A DNA stretch of 64,000 bases from Amoebidium appalachense (Eukaryota > Protista > Ichthyosporea): assembly GCA_963693365.1 (NCBI GenBank), contig CAVNZM010000020.1, positions 40,957-104,956 on the forward strand, written 5' to 3'. Shown here one piece after another: positions 28,415-52,962 of this stretch. Under the pieces are notes generated by a model. The model was not told the DNA's origin and ran no database searches. It was given only the letters and a program-made list of their open reading frames with translations. The translations under genes and the position numbers were made by a program. The first letter of the stretch is position 1. The number at the start of each line of letters is the position of its first letter.

Positions 28415-28553
28415 TTCCCCAAACATCACACAAGATACTCAAGACCTCTTACACGTACAAACGAGTTTTGCTAGACCGCACAAACTCACCCTTGCTTCCT
28501 TTCCTCCTTCTCGCATTCGGCGTACTTGGTTGCGACACCGAATTTCGTCCCCA

Positions 28554-28579
28554 AGGAGGGTACTTAGGACTTTTGAGAT
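28554..28579 (+). repeat. Left TIR AGGAGGGTACTTAGGACTTTTGAGAT
   Basis: Exact reverse complement of 53795-53820. Confidence 0.93.
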
Positions 28580-28770
28580 AATGGACACGTGCAGCGATTT
28601 CTGCCGTTTTATTTTTGCAATTTTGGGTCAAAAATAAGTTGCCGGCAATGCCTGAGGCTATAATATTATGGGTTGGCACAGCCATGCGTCATTCACACCA
28701 ATCAGACTTTACGAAAATTTAGAAGTGTTTGCTAAAACATGGATAAGATTCTTACTTTTGTTCAGTACTA

Positions 28771-30981
28771 TTATTTTTCCAAACCCCGCTTGACCTCCGA
28801 TTTGCTTAATTCGAGCAATGCCATTAATTGAGATTTTACAACATTGAACCTGTTACCCTTACCCGATTTTCCAAGAAAACTACTTCCGGTAGAAATCGTC
28901 CCACACATATTCTCGAATTTCACAGGGTCTATCCATTGAACATATTCCTTTAACTGCTCCTTCTGTACATTCGGCCTATAGAACCCCTGAAAACTTTTAT
29001 CTGTGCAAGTCAAAACTGGAAAGGTAGTGGAAGTCTGCCTTGCAGGATCTTCCTTGTGAATAAACATAGGTTGCAGTTTTGCGTCATATCTCAGATCACT
29101 AGCCACACCATCAGGACACCACCAATGCACCCAAAAAGTTCTATCAGCCGGTAGGGCCTCTGGATTTTCAATATGAATTACTTTCGCCACACAAAATTCC
29201 CCCAAGTAGTCTGATCCGGGAGTATTCTGTGCGTCGTCCCAAGTGTGCACCAACACAAAATCATTTTCGTTGGGAGCACCCGGGTTTGTAAATTTTACGA
29301 TTTGGCGCCTTTCCCTCCTACCGTCAGCCCCGATGCACGGTATGTCGCAGTCATCTCCATCTCTGTTGTTCGGATCTTCAAGTTCGTCCGGGATGGCCGG
29401 AAGACCTGGAGGGGGCGGTCGCGGGTATGATCGATTGGATGTCAAATCGCTAACCAGCCGAAAGGGAAACGTAATGACAATTTCGAATGCCGGCGCAGGT
29501 TGCGTGAACTCGCCTGTCACTGTATCATATCCGGCACTCTGCGCTTGCTCCTTCCACCACTCCAGGTGCTCTCCATCAGGGTCCAAAAATACATTGTCCT
29601 TAGCCAATCGCTCAAGCATACTTCCAAGTGTGCCCCATTGTTCGCGTAGCCAAATCGGAAAAGGCTGAATAGACGACCCTTGGTTCACCTTGATTGACAT
29701 CGATGCAGGCTGGTTGGGGAGCGTGTGAAGAAGAGCCTTACGCGAACCTCTACATTCTATCCAATCGCCTTGGCTGGCAAGTCGCCGAACCTCAAATTTT
29801 ACGCCAGTGTCCAGTTTGATCCATCGGAAGCATCGCCATTTTGCGAAGTACGACAGGGGATCGGCGCAAGGGGCTAACCACTCTGTGAACTCTGGAATGG
29901 CTTGTACATTGTGCACCTCAGGAGGCTCCACCACTCTCCCTCTTTGGCGAATATACGGCGCTAAATCTTTCGATCTTGGTCGCTTTTTCAAAGTCTCCAT
30001 CAAATCGGGAACAGTCCGCGGCGGTTGCTGAGTCAGGTAATGGTTGAATCCCCGAAAGCGGCCATCGATATCCTCGTGCGTATGTCCCGGAAGAAGGAAC
30101 GAACACTCCACAGTGGTGAACACACCCCTAGAAACGAGTAATTCAAAAAATTGCATCATTGCGTTGCAATGATTCTCAGAGGCGTTATCCATTTGCACGT
30201 ACAACGTCTCTGGCAACGAGCCCCGTATCTCCAATTCACGCTCGATTGCCAACGTGAGTGCCGCGATTTGGACATTGGCACCCTTGCGACCGTGCTCATC
30301 CACGATTGTGTAGAGGGTGCGGCCATGAACGAGGACACTGGTTATCCGAACGGCCTTCTTGGGAATCGAGCTCGCGGCTTTGGAGTTCCAATGTACGTTC
30401 GGGATTTCGGATTTTGCTTGGTCCATTGAGTCAACGATGACACTCATGTACTTGTGTGGCTCCCGAATTGCAGCTGACCGATGCTGGTAATAGCTCTCTC
30501 TCTCCTTTCTGTGACATCTCATGGTCAATCACTATATATATGGTTAGGAGGATCATAATCCTAGTGTCAACCAGGAGACCCGATCCTAATCACAACTAGG
30601 ACTCTGGATCCTAGTTACAACTAGGACAATATATCCTAGTTACAACTAGGATGACGTCATCCTAGTTGGTACTAGGATGACGTCACTCGTTTTTCTTCAA
30701 TGGCTGTACGACACAACTGTGCGGTTTCATGCACTCTAATAATTGCGAATATGCGTGTGTACGACAAAGCTGTGCGGTTTCATGCACTCTAGTTGCGAAT
30801 ATGTGTATGTATATAGTGACATACTTTGATTGCAGGAAGTTGCTACCAAAGAGATGTGCGCGATGCGGTGATTTGAAATACATGTGATGTCGCCAGATAC
30901 AAACCCAAATACCAACCCAAATACCCTACGCGCAGGCACACACGTACACACAGTCACTTGCAAGTGCTTGCGCACACACGT

Positions 30982-31028
<47 letters not shown>

Positions 31029-31129
31029 AACACACACACACACATGCACAACGCCACTACCCAAGCTCCCCCCCTTTTTTTTTCCCTCCTCCACGAAAAC
31101 ATGACTATGTGTGTGTGTTTTGTTCAAGT

Positions 31130-31166
<37 letters not shown>

Positions 31167-31230
31167 GGAAGACTGTGTGGTTGTGGTTGCGTGTGTGCAT
31201 GTGTGGTACGTGCGGGTGTGCGGGTGTGCA

Positions 31231-31280
<50 letters not shown>

Positions 31281-31619
31281 AATGTGCGTGCGTGGGTGTT
31301 TATTTTGGAACAGGTTGTCAGGTGTGTTCTTTTAGAGGTTGTGTGTATGCGTGTGCCGTGCATGTAATGATGGTGGTGGTGGTGATGGTGTTTGGGGGGG
31401 GGGAGGGAAGTCCAAGTGCTTGCGCACACGTGCATGCGCGCACGCAACCACACACACACGCACACGCACACACGCACACACACACACACACATGCACAGC
31501 ACCGTTGCCCCCCCCCCCCTCCCCCCCCTTTCTTTGCCCTCCTCCACGAGAACATGTGACTGTGTGTGTGTGTGTGAGGGGGGATGGGGGGGAGGGGGAG
31601 GCGGACTGTGTGGTTGTGG

Positions 31620-31684
<65 letters not shown>

Positions 31685-31804
31685 TGCGTGCGTGGGTGTT
31701 TACTTTGGAAGATGTTGTCAGGTGTGATGTTGTAAAGGTTTTGTGTATGTGTGTGCCGTGCACGTAATGATGGTGGTGGTGGTGATGGCGTTTGGTGGGT
31801 GGGT

Positions 31805-31835
<31 letters not shown>

Positions 31836-32201
31836 GGGGGGGGCCACCAGCCTTTGGAGATTGATGTGTGCCTCCCGCAGTTCACGGATGTGGATCCTTG
31901 CAGCATTGGTGGTGGCCAGCTTGAGGCGGGCCTTGAGAATGCAGCAGTACTCACATTTGACGAAGTTGGTGGTCTCGGTGCTTAAACTTACACCCTTGAA
32001 ATGGGTTCTCCAGGCTGCGTGAAACCCCTCTTGATCAAGGTAGCCCTTGTCTGTTACCCGTGCTTGCCGTTTGCGCTTGTGGCCTGAGGCAGTCTGGAAG
32101 GTGTGAAGATCGATTAGTGTGGGTTTTTTTCTCTCTGTCAGTAAGGTGTAGGCGGGGTGTTTTTTTTTGTTGTTGTTGTTCTTGTTGTTCTGCCTTCCCC
32201 C

Positions 32202-32249
<48 letters not shown>

Positions 32250-32324
32250 TACACGATTTCATGCACGTATGCTCACATACCAATTCGCCTACACATTCTG
32301 ACGTACACATACTGTAACACACAC

Positions 32325-32416
<92 letters not shown>

Positions 32417-32653
32417 TAGGCGCTTAAGAAGTAGGGTTGCATGGAGGTGCATGTTATGCTGCATACCTCACATGATGTCAGGATGTCAGGCTACATTACG
32501 ACGTATACTATCCCAAATACGGAAGATGGACAGGTTTGGCCCATTATCCCCCCCCTGCCCCCCTCTCCCTCGGTATACACTCTGTTTGCCCCAATGTACT
32601 CAACATTGCAGTGCTTGCCCCCCCCCCCCTCCCCCCCCTCCCAAGTTCTCCAT

Positions 32654-32731
<78 letters not shown>

Positions 32732-34181
32732 AGCATGCACACACGTACCCATACACGCACACATTCTCACACACATGCTTAAACTGCCCACCCTGTTGTC
32801 TTCCTCCACATCCCCCCCTCCCCCCCCCCCCCCCCCCCCAAAAAAAAAAAAAAACACATACACACACACAAGCACACGCGTACACACACATGTACACAGC
32901 CACACAGAGGGGGGGAGAGAGACGTGCCTGGTCGGGGCCAAGTACATGTTCCTGTTCGTCGAAATCGGGATGGAGCTGTGCCCACCGTGCCTCGAATTCT
33001 TCTTGGTTGGCTGTGTCCTCGGCTGTGATATCCTGTGTTTTCCAAGCGGACGTAGGTCAGTATTTATGTAACAATATCTGTATGGGTAGAATAGAGGTTG
33101 TGTTTCGAATGTGGAGTTTTGGATGGATGTTTTCGTGTGTGTATGTGTGTGGGTGCCCTTGCATGTGTGTGTGCCTGACACTGTGCGTGTGTACGTGTGT
33201 ATGTGCTTGTGTGCCTGTGTGTGTGTGTGTTTGTGTTTCGTAATGGATGTCCCTTTGTTTGTTTGGGTGTTTGGGTGTTGCTTCGATGGTAATAGGGACA
33301 TGTGTAATGTGCTGTGTGGTGTGTGATTGCATGTGTGTGTCGTTTGAAGTTTGTGTGTGTGTGTGGGTATGTGTGCATGTGTGTGTGCATAACCTCCTGA
33401 GTTGCAGTGTGCTGGTTGTAAAAGTTAATAATGTACGATAAAATGCATGTCACACGCTTGTGTTTCAAAAGGTTGTTTATGTATGTATGCATGTTGATAA
33501 GGATGCCATAGTGCTTGTGTGTTGTTCGGTTGGGGGGAGGGGGGGGGGGGGGGGGGGGGGGGAGGGGAAGGGGGGGGGGGGGGGATGGGGGGGGGGGGGG
33601 GGGGAGTGGGGTTTCACGTGCACCATTGCATGCCACGTGTGCTTCGATGGTGAAGGCATGGGTAAGGCAGTGTGGGTCAATATGACATTGTGATGGATGT
33701 GCCTGTGTGGGTGGGTGGACGGCATTGTGTGGGTTGGTATCTCTCTGTGTGTGCCTGGGTGTGTTTGTATCTCGGTAATGAGGTTAAACAGGTGACACTG
33801 AGTGAGATAAAGCAAGTTTCGTGAATAGGTGGATTTATGAGTGAGTGTGTGGACCCGCGGGAATTTGGTTGTTTGGGTAGATTGGTGGATGGGTGGGTGG
33901 GTTTGCGGGTGGGTGTGTCTGAATGCCCAGCCATGTTTTCCTGTGCTTGTGTGTTCGTGGGCTTCCTTGGTTGCATTGTACCATATATGCAGGAGTGCTT
34001 GTGGGGGGGGGGGGGGGGGGGGGGAGGGGGGGGGGAGAGCAAATTATATACGTATGTGGGTGTGGGTTTGGGTGTGGGTGTGAGTGTAGGGGTGTGGCTG
34101 CGGGTGGGTGGGGTGGTGGGTGGGTGGGTGTGGGTGTGTGTGTTTGTGTTCTATTGATTTTGTGTTCGAGAAGGGGGGGGA

Positions 34182-34218
<37 letters not shown>

Positions 34219-35090
34219 TAAGGTAATGTGAAGCAATATGATGCTGCATGCGCCTGTGTGGGTAGGCGAGCGGGGGGGGGGGGGGGGGGGGGGGGGAGGG
34301 GGGGTCGGTGTCTCTCTCTTTCTGACAGTTTATGGGTGTGTTTGTGTGTGGGAATGAGGTTTAGCAGGTGAGCGGGTGGGTGGGTGGGTGGCTGTGCCCA
34401 GCAGTGTATGCTTGTGCATGTGTTAGCGTGCATGTTTATAATACGTGTTCGTGTATGTGTGTATGTGTGTGTAGAACGGTGTGCATGTGTGCATGTGTGC
34501 ATGTGTGTGTAATTCCGTGTACGTAGTTGCGTGTGTGCGTATGTACGTGCGTGTAGGTGTATGCATTGAGATGTGGTTTGGGGGGGGGGGGGGGTATATA
34601 TGAAATACACACCCTGACGTACTCCATCCAGATCTCTTCCTTGGTGTAAGCGGGCGGCAAGCGTATTGTAGACGTGTCGGGCATCAACTGACCGATGAGG
34701 TCGATGAATTCGGAAAACCAGGCAATAAATCTCTCCACCGCTAAAGAGATGTTGCCTTCACCGGTGTTGCCATGTACGTAAAACCGAGCTCCTTGTAGGA
34801 ATTCATTCTTTCTGGCCATGAACGTGTTTCGGCACATTCCCATGATGTTGATGAATGCTTCTTGGCAGATCTGGGATGAAATGAATGGGATCGGGAGGGG
34901 GGAGGGGGCGGGGGGTGGGGGGGGGGGGGGGGGGGGGGAGGTCATTTGGTGTATTGTTTTTCTTAACCTTGTTCCCCTCCCCCCCCCCCTCCCCTTCTTC
35001 CTCACCGACCTCGCTGCTCCTTCACACATGTTATCATTCCATGCTCTCCCCACCCGAGCCCGCTCCTCCCCCGGCCTTCCTGCCCCCATC

Positions 35091-35148
<58 letters not shown>

Positions 35149-35154
35149 CCTCCC

Positions 35155-35187
<33 letters not shown>

Positions 35188-35555
35188 TGTCTGCATCTCC
35201 CTCTCTATGCCTGGCAGACCTCGCCCCCCCCCCCCCCCCCCTCCCCTCCCGTTCTTTCCTCCCCCTCTCCCCCCCCCCCCCCCCAATCCCCCCATCCCCC
35301 CCCCCCCCCTCCGGTATTCACCTCCTCCCCCCCCCCCCCCCTCTGTCTGCATCTCCCTCTCTATCCCTGGCAGACCTCGCCCCCCCCCCCCCCCCCCCCC
35401 CTCCCCTCCCCGTTCTTTCCTCCCCCTCTCCCCCTCCCCGCCCCAATCCCCCATCCCCCCCCCCCCCCCCCCTCCGGTATTCATCATTACTTTATTAGAC
35501 CAATAGACACCACTCTTCCCCCTGTCTCTCCTGGCTCTTGCCAACGAATAGCCCT

Positions 35556-35590
<35 letters not shown>

Positions 35591-36323
35591 CACACACACA
35601 CACACACTCTCTCTCTCTCTCTCTCTCCCCCCCCCCCCCCCCCCCCCCCCCCCTCTCTCTCTCTCCCCCTCTCTCTCCCTCTCTCTCTCTCTCTCAGATT
35701 TGCACGCGCGTGGCAACCGTCATGTGTTGGCATGAGCATCAACGAAGCCATCACGTGGTCCAGGCCCGGTCCCCCTTTTTGACCCTCTTGTGTACCTAGA
35801 GCTCTCTCCTTCTCTCCCTATAAACACGCTTAAAATTTCTGTCCACATGCACATCTCAGTTTTTAAGTTTTATCCAAAATTTAAAAATTTATAAGTCACT
35901 GGCGGTTGGTGTTCTAACGTAGCTAATGGGACTGTGTCCTATGCACTCTTCCGGCAGCAGGTGGATGACGTTAACCAAACGTGTTAAAATAAAAATAAAA
36001 AAAATAAATAAAAAACTGGCAGTTGGGGTGGTGTGTGTGGCCGGACCAGCACAAAAGCACAACTGTTTGCCGAACTCTGTGCGTAGTATGTGCCGAACTC
36101 TGGATGCAACCACATTAGTTGCTGCCGTGTTATATGCCTGTGTGATGCTGATTGTGTGGGTGCGTGGGTGCGTGGGTGCGTGGGTGCGTGGGTGTGTGGG
36201 TGTGGGCATGTGTGCATGAGGGCATGTGTGTGAGCTTGTACGTATGAGGTGTGTGTGTGTGTGTGTGTGCCTGTTCGTGTGTTCGTGTGTGTGTGTGTGT
36301 GTGTGTGCGTGTGCGTGGCACTG

Positions 36324-36359
<36 letters not shown>

Positions 36360-36912
36360 ATGTCACGTGTGTTTGCATGCTTGCGTGTGTGTGTGCGTGC
36401 GTGCGTGCGTGCATGCGTGTGTGCGTGCGGTGCGTGTGTATACTACGTGTGTGTGTGTGTGTGTGTGTGGGTTTCGGGGGGGGAAGGGGGGGGGGGGGGG
36501 TTTGGGTTACCCCTGTGTTGTCCAGAATTTCCCTATGGTAGCAATTACGTGGGGTGAGATGAGATTGTATCCGGGGGGAAGTATCATAATCTATGTACAT
36601 CAGCATGCAGAGTTCACCCTTCATACCGGACTGCACACAATGGCACCGAGAAGTGTCTGTATAGAAGAACTGCATATTGTACGTCCGTGAGCAGAGCATT
36701 TAATGGGCAAGCGTTAGACGAGTATTCGGCATTGCCAACATTAAGGTATTAGGATGTCATTGACTCCTGATATCTATAAAAGGGGGGATGGGGGGGGGGG
36801 GGGGGGGGGGGGTGATAACTATAAAAAAAGGGGGGGTACTTGTTTTAGCCTTGTTTTAGCCTTACCTCGCCTGGGTTAAAATGGCTTGAGAGATATATTT
36901 GGGTATAATTTC

Positions 36913-36948
<36 letters not shown>

Positions 36949-38014
36949 CTGCTTACAAATGCTGGGTCATATAGTCGAACAGCGCCTGGTTGCGAACTGA
37001 CGGAGGCAAACAGAGCCACCGAGTCCTCAGGTTTTTCACCTGCGCTGACGTGAATCTCTCGTAGCAGTTGTCATTGCACCTGCAGTAGGGAGGACATATG
37101 AGAACAAATGAATACTGTACAATACCACCCCTTACGTGACGGTCATCATACTATCACAGCTAGCTATAACAGTATTTGCTCACCCATTATGCATGCCACA
37201 GGCAGCTGCAATGTAAGAATGAAGCAAGTCCCCCCACTGGTTGGCTCAGAGCTGACGAGCACCAGAACTTGAATGTGGCACACACACGGGCTTCCGCTCT
37301 AGTATTCCACTAATGATTGAATGTACGGAATGCTAGCTCAAACAGTGTCAATTTACATGCGCCGGCTCAGATGATGTGCGCCAGAAGTGTGATTTTTCTT
37401 TACCTGCAAGTCATAGCCAAGACACTTTCAATGGCTGCCTCTGACAACTTCTTTTTTGTGTCGGGCAGAAAAGGTTGCGCAGACCCTATGGGCGTGGGCG
37501 GGAATGCCCCTGTAGTAACTCGGTCCCTCTGCTGTGCCTCAGCACGGTTACGTTTTAATTTATCAGCCATCGCCGCCTTCGATCTGGCCACCCCATGTTT
37601 CCGCCGTGCCTCCACCTCTTCGATTAATCTTTTTGCATTCTCCTCTTCGGCATCCATTGCTTCTCTTGAAAAAGAAAGCTCCTCCGCACTGCCACTACCT
37701 AATTGACTGCTGCTGATTTGTCTGGTACTCGCCGGGTTGTTGCAGTTTGCTAACGTTGTGTTGTTGCATGTGTCAATACGTGTGCGTTTGCGTGCACGTG
37801 CGCAGCCATCATTAACAATGCTGCCCCGTTTTGCATTTGCATTGTTACCACTTGAGTTAGATGTGAAGTTTTGTTGTAGCTCGCCAAGAACTTTTCTAGC
37901 GTTCGGGCCTGTGGTTAACGTGTCTTTTTGTAATGGGGCTCCCTGCCTTCTACATGTCCCCACGGGCCTGACAGGGCCGCTTCTCACAATTGGGCCCATT
38001 TTACAAGCCCTCAC
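28771..38014 (-). CDS. Spliced Sola-type/DUF7869-like DDD transposase with C-terminal BAH/Tudor-like segment
   Basis: Exons ~38014-37404, 37079-36958 (CRCNDNC), unresolved exon(s), 34870-34613 (ICQEAF..HGNTG..GQLMPD..LP), 33032-~32930, 32093-~31850 (FVKCEYC..H), ~30511-28771 ([31 protein letters not shown]). Confidence 0.88.
30559..30685. repeat. Array of five 18-bp palindromes TCCTAGT-N4-ACTAGGA with 7-8-bp spacers
   Basis: Units start at 30559, 30584, 30609, 30634, 30660; spacers GACCCGA, CTCTGGA, CAATATA, TGACGTCA. Confidence 0.9.
30961..31800. repeat. Two ~450-bp tandem copies in the last transposase intron
   Basis: Both start CAAGTGCTTGCGCACAC (30961, 31413) and share GACTGTGTGGTTGTGGTTG and GAATGTGCGTGCGTGGGTGTTTA. 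Confidence 0.7.
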
Positions 38015-38489
38015 CTATACGTAATTTCCTCTGTTCATATGCTTGAGACGATAGATTAGAATCCCATGCACTTGAAAATGTCACAAACACAAGTCGTTAC
38101 TGGGTACGTGTGGCACATGGGTGGTCTCGCATGTATGCTAATACTAGTTGTCAGGTTCCCCTGGGAGCATGCAGATCTGTTTTGGTGCATCTTTCGCCAG
38201 TCAAACATAGCCAAGACACAATGCTTTGATTGGCAGGATATTTTTTATCCAGTCTGGCGCGGTGACATGCCGCACAACAGAATGTGTGCCTAATGGTTCA
38301 TAAAAAGGAATCTTTCAAGTGTGAAAATATGGTAGTGTGTCATTGTGGCATAAATGAGTCAACGTAACATATTTTGTAGTAGAAAAGTTCTGGAGATGTA
38401 CGAAAATGGAGCCCGTACCTCCTGCTGTTGAACATGTTTTGGAAAAAACCAAACAAAGAAAAAGACACCTAAAGCCACATTGCCACCGC

Positions 38490-38811
38490 GCTAGGACAAC
38501 AGTGTCCTAGTTGGCGCTGGGGTGGCAAAAGGCCAACTCGCATTTTCTTATTGGCCGAGCCTACGCCGTTCAAAGAGTGGAAGTTACCAAAATTCCTCAG
38601 CCATGATCAGATCGTAAGACACACGACTATTGACAGTATAGTGATTATTGCAATAACTCACATGATAAGAGATAAACATTGTTATTAGAGTCCCTAATTA
38701 ACAACAACAAAAAAAAAAGAAGTGAAAAAAATAAAATAAAAAGGAAGTAAACGTACATCAGAAAGGATCTAAGCACCCTTGACATGATCATAACCCTAGT
38801 AGCGGCTAGGA
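38490..38811. promoter_or_regulatory. Degenerate copies of the 18-bp palindrome in the divergent intergenic region
   Basis: GCTAGGA-CAACAGTG-TCCTAGTTGGC at 38490-38515; CCCTAGT-AGCG-GCTAGGA at 38794-38811. Confidence 0.55.
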
Positions 38812-39462
38812 AACTCGCACGATTTATGCCACCAACCAATCAGACTCATGGGAACGCACGAGGCCAACCCGTGCAAACCTTTCGAGCCTTCATTTATTCC
38901 GTAAAACTAGAATTGGCGTGCCTAGAATATTCCATGTATAAATTATTTATTATTTCTTTGATTCTGGCAATGGATATTCAGTCCGAGAAGACAGCAGAGA
39001 TGTTTAGAATGCACTCTAAAGTAGCTGAAATTTGGTTCGGGATCGACGTGCATTTCATTCATCCAATAGGAAGCAGAGATCTAAGATGCTGTATCATGCA
39101 GTATGTGTATTCAAAGCCAATCAGAATGAAGAAACATATGGGGCTCGAAATTATTTCTCTGACATACCGTAGAATTGGAGTATCCTTTGGATTTACAGCT
39201 CATACAGTAACTGCCATGTGTGTAGACCAATATATGCCTACATATGCAGACACATATGAAATTCTATTTGATACTCTAACATTATGCAAACATCCTTGTT
39301 AAATTATTACAATGTACATTGAAGTTAGGGCCGAGTTTGACGCCGCCGGGTCGGCTTAAGAATCTTACAACCCTTTCGTGGATATAGCCGGCTTGCGCAC
39401 CGCTGTCCCTCATTTGCAGTTGCAGTGGTTTCGTTGAGATTCATACCATAGCTTCTTTAAAA

Positions 39463-40305
39463 ATGTCCGTGAAAGGCGCCGGCACGCGCCCTGTCAAGCG
39501 TCCCGCTGAGGACACTCCCACGCCCACGGCCACGCTCACAAAGAGACCACGCCGGGGGCAGAAAAATTTGTCCGGGCAGTTCGATTCGGAAAAGGTGGCC
39601 CGCATTTTCCATGATGTAGCCGAGGCAGCGTTACCCAACGACGAAGAGCCCTCTCTGTTTGCCTTTGGGATAGCGGTGTACGGCTTGGTACTTCGGCAGG
39701 GTGGAAACGCCCGCATCAGCGACTTTTTGGGGTTTGAAAACTCCGACGCAATGGGCGATGATGGCGAATACAGATCCCACGTTCGGCCGGTCACCGTTTT
39801 GCTCTACTACTGGGTTGATGAAGATGCCTCGAAACAATTTCACGATCGGGCTTCGAAGCCAGCAGGGGGCCTAACGTGCGAGCAAATTGCCCAGCAGCTG
39901 CAGTCCGGCGACGAACCACTGCTCGAGTGCCACGTCCTTCATGTCGAGTCCATCGTCGAAGCTAGCCTGACTGAAGACAGCACTGACATAGACTTCGTTC
40001 TGGTAGGAGCGCCGTTGTACCTGCGGTCAGGGGTTGTAGCAGAGTTGAAAGAAACCCGTCAATGCCCTCGGTACGACATCACTTTACCCGCCACCGACTT
40101 CCTTCCGGCTGTTCCCGACAACTGGGTGCCAGTGGCCAACGAGTTTGCAGTCACCATTACGGATATGGACGGCCACGAGGCCTTCTGTGAATGGTACGTT
40201 GAGTGTCCTGGGAGTGAAAGTTTAGCTATGGGCAGTTATTTTAAGCTAAACAAAGCAGTGCACCTGCATGCTACAAACGTTACACATACAAGTACACAAA
40301 ACTAG
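39463..40305 (+). CDS. Unknown 280-aa ORF with basic NLS-like N-terminus; may be the first exon of the ParB-MTase gene
   Basis: ATG ORF with coding-like composition, KRP..TKRPRR; possible donor GTACGT near 40194. Confidence 0.6.
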   Translation: MSVKGAGTRPVKRPAEDTPTPTATLTKRPRRGQKNLSGQFDSEKVARIFHDVAEAALPNDEEPSLFAFGIAVYGLVLRQGGNARISDFLGFENSDAMGDDGEYRSHVRPVTVLLYYWVDEDASKQFHDRASKPAGGLTCEQIAQQLQSGDEPLLECHVLHVESIVEASLTEDSTDIDFVLVGAPLYLRSGVVAELKETRQCPRYDITLPATDFLPAVPDNWVPVANEFAVTITDMDGHEAFCEWYVECPGSESLAMGSYFKLNKAVHLHATNVTHTSTQN

Positions 40306-40928
40306 AAATGCTCTACCCTACTTTCGCGTCGTATGATGTATTTATTCTTACTTCTTTAGACCAATTGATGCCACTCTTCCCCATGTCTCTCTCCTCGCTC
40401 TTTCCACCAACCCCCCCCCCCCCCCCCCCTCCCCCCTCACAAACACACACACACACACACACACACTCTCTCTCTCTCTCTCTCTCTCTCCCTTACTCTC
40501 TCTATCTCTCCCTCTTTCTTTCCCCTTCTATCTCTTATAGGTTCTCTATTCTTTATCTCGGTGCCCCTTTTCTCCGTCGAGCTGCTCTTAGACTTTCCTC
40601 CTGTACCTACCCCCCCCCCCCCCCCCCCCCCCCCCCTCCCTCCCTCCTTTCTCCCCGTGGCAGCCACCGGCCGTCCTCCTCCTCCCCCCCCCCCCCCCCC
40701 AAAAAAAAAAAAAAAAAAAAAAAAACCACGCACACCCCCCCCCCTCCCCCCTTCTCTCGTCACACACACACACACACACACACACACTCTCTCTCTCCCC
40801 CCCCCCCCCCCCCCCCCCCTCCCTTCCTCCTTTCTCCCCCTTGCGGCCACCGGCCATCCTCCCCCCCCCCCCCAAAAAAAAAAAAAAAACACGCGCGCGC
40901 ACCCCCCCCCCCCCTCCCCCTTCTCTCG

Positions 40929-41078
<150 letters not shown>

Positions 41079-41366
41079 CCGAGAAGGTCTTTGTCCCGGT
41101 GCCCCTTCTCTACGTTGAGTTCCTTACAGCTTCTCCTCACTTACGCATTCTGCTTCTCCTTCCCCCCCCCCCCCCCCCCCTTTTTTCCTCCCTCTCTCCC
41201 TCCCTCCTTCCCTTCACCCTCTTATCCCGGTGCCCCTTTTCTACGTTGAGTTCCTCACAGTTTATCCTCACTTACCTTTTTTCTGCTTCTCCTTCACGTC
41301 ACCTATGCCTCCTATCCCCCCCCCCCCCGCCCCTCCCACACATGTGTACACGTAGTTCCATATATA

Positions 41367-41723
41367 TCAACCAACACTCTTCAGTGTGCGCGCCTTCAAA
41401 CACGCGCACGTGTTTGGCCTGGCAACTGTCTCACTACCCGCTGCCGGGGGCCCTGCAGCAGGGCTGGCTGCTGTGTCTGTGCGAGTGTTTGTGTAGGGTG
41501 TGCTTGTGTGTAGGGGGGGGTCGGCTAAAGCCCCCGTGGCATTGGTATTGGTTGTTTTGGGTAAAAGGGTGGAAATTAATTCCTGTTTGAACTCATCGAC
41601 AGCACCATCAATATTTGCAGAAAAATCATTCTTTATTTTTTTTGCAGCTTTCTCCACTTGGCCCATAAAATCGAAAGCACTAGCGAGCCTGGTACGGCCG
41701 TCCTCCCCGTCGAGGGCGGACAT
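41367..41723 (-). CDS. Small unknown ORF (118 aa) inside the transposon
   Basis: ATG start, helical non-repetitive N-terminal half, CCAAT motifs upstream. Confidence 0.35.
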   Translation of the reverse strand: MSALDGEDGRTRLASAFDFMGQVEKAAKKIKNDFSANIDGAVDEFKQELISTLLPKTTNTNATGALADPPLHTSTPYTNTRTDTAASPAAGPPAAGSETVARPNTCACLKARTLKSVG

Positions 41724-41937
41724 TTTTCCAACTCATTAACTACTAAGGGCTGAGTAGATGCCGCACAGATGTTGTTAGGAAAGGCCGAACTGGTAAAGAA
41801 AGGCCCTGCTGAGAGGGGCCCCGTGTGTGCCCATGGAACTCGTGTGCCATGCTGTCCAATGATTGGCCTAAAAGCCCGCCTCGGCCCTGCAGCCAATCAC
41901 TGATGATGCTCATGAAACTATCTCGCAGCCCCTTTCC

Positions 41938-41980
<43 letters not shown>

Positions 41981-42053
41981 AGGGATAGTCCCGGGGGAGG
42001 GGGGGAGGGGGAGGGGGGGTTTCAAGGTGGTCACGGTGGTGGTGGTGGTGTGT

Positions 42054-42109
<56 letters not shown>

Positions 42110-42454
42110 CTAGCGAAAAAATCTTAAGGATAGACTGGAAGGTCCAGCCGGCTAGAATCTTAAATTTTCCAAAATTTCTAGCGCTACAATCCTAATTTCG
42201 GAAAATCTTAAATTTAGTCGACCCCTGTATGTTTGTTAAATAGAAGACACCTATCGAACTGCAAAGCCACACGGGTGAATTGTTGTGCACATTCCCCAAT
42301 GTTGATACAGCTGCAAATCAGAAATTAAGTCATCTGAAGCTAAAACATTACACTTACTTCTGTTCCTTCTTCCATCTACACACCCTATGTGACACCGTGC
42401 TTGCTATCTAGACCCTGCATTAAGAGTATAAATATTAACAAATGTATTTTCCAG

Positions 42455-52962
<10,508 letters not shown>

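Noticed and set aside
38784-39302. 172-aa ORF in the divergent spacer
   Set aside because: AT-rich, no recognisable motifs; more likely promoter/UTR
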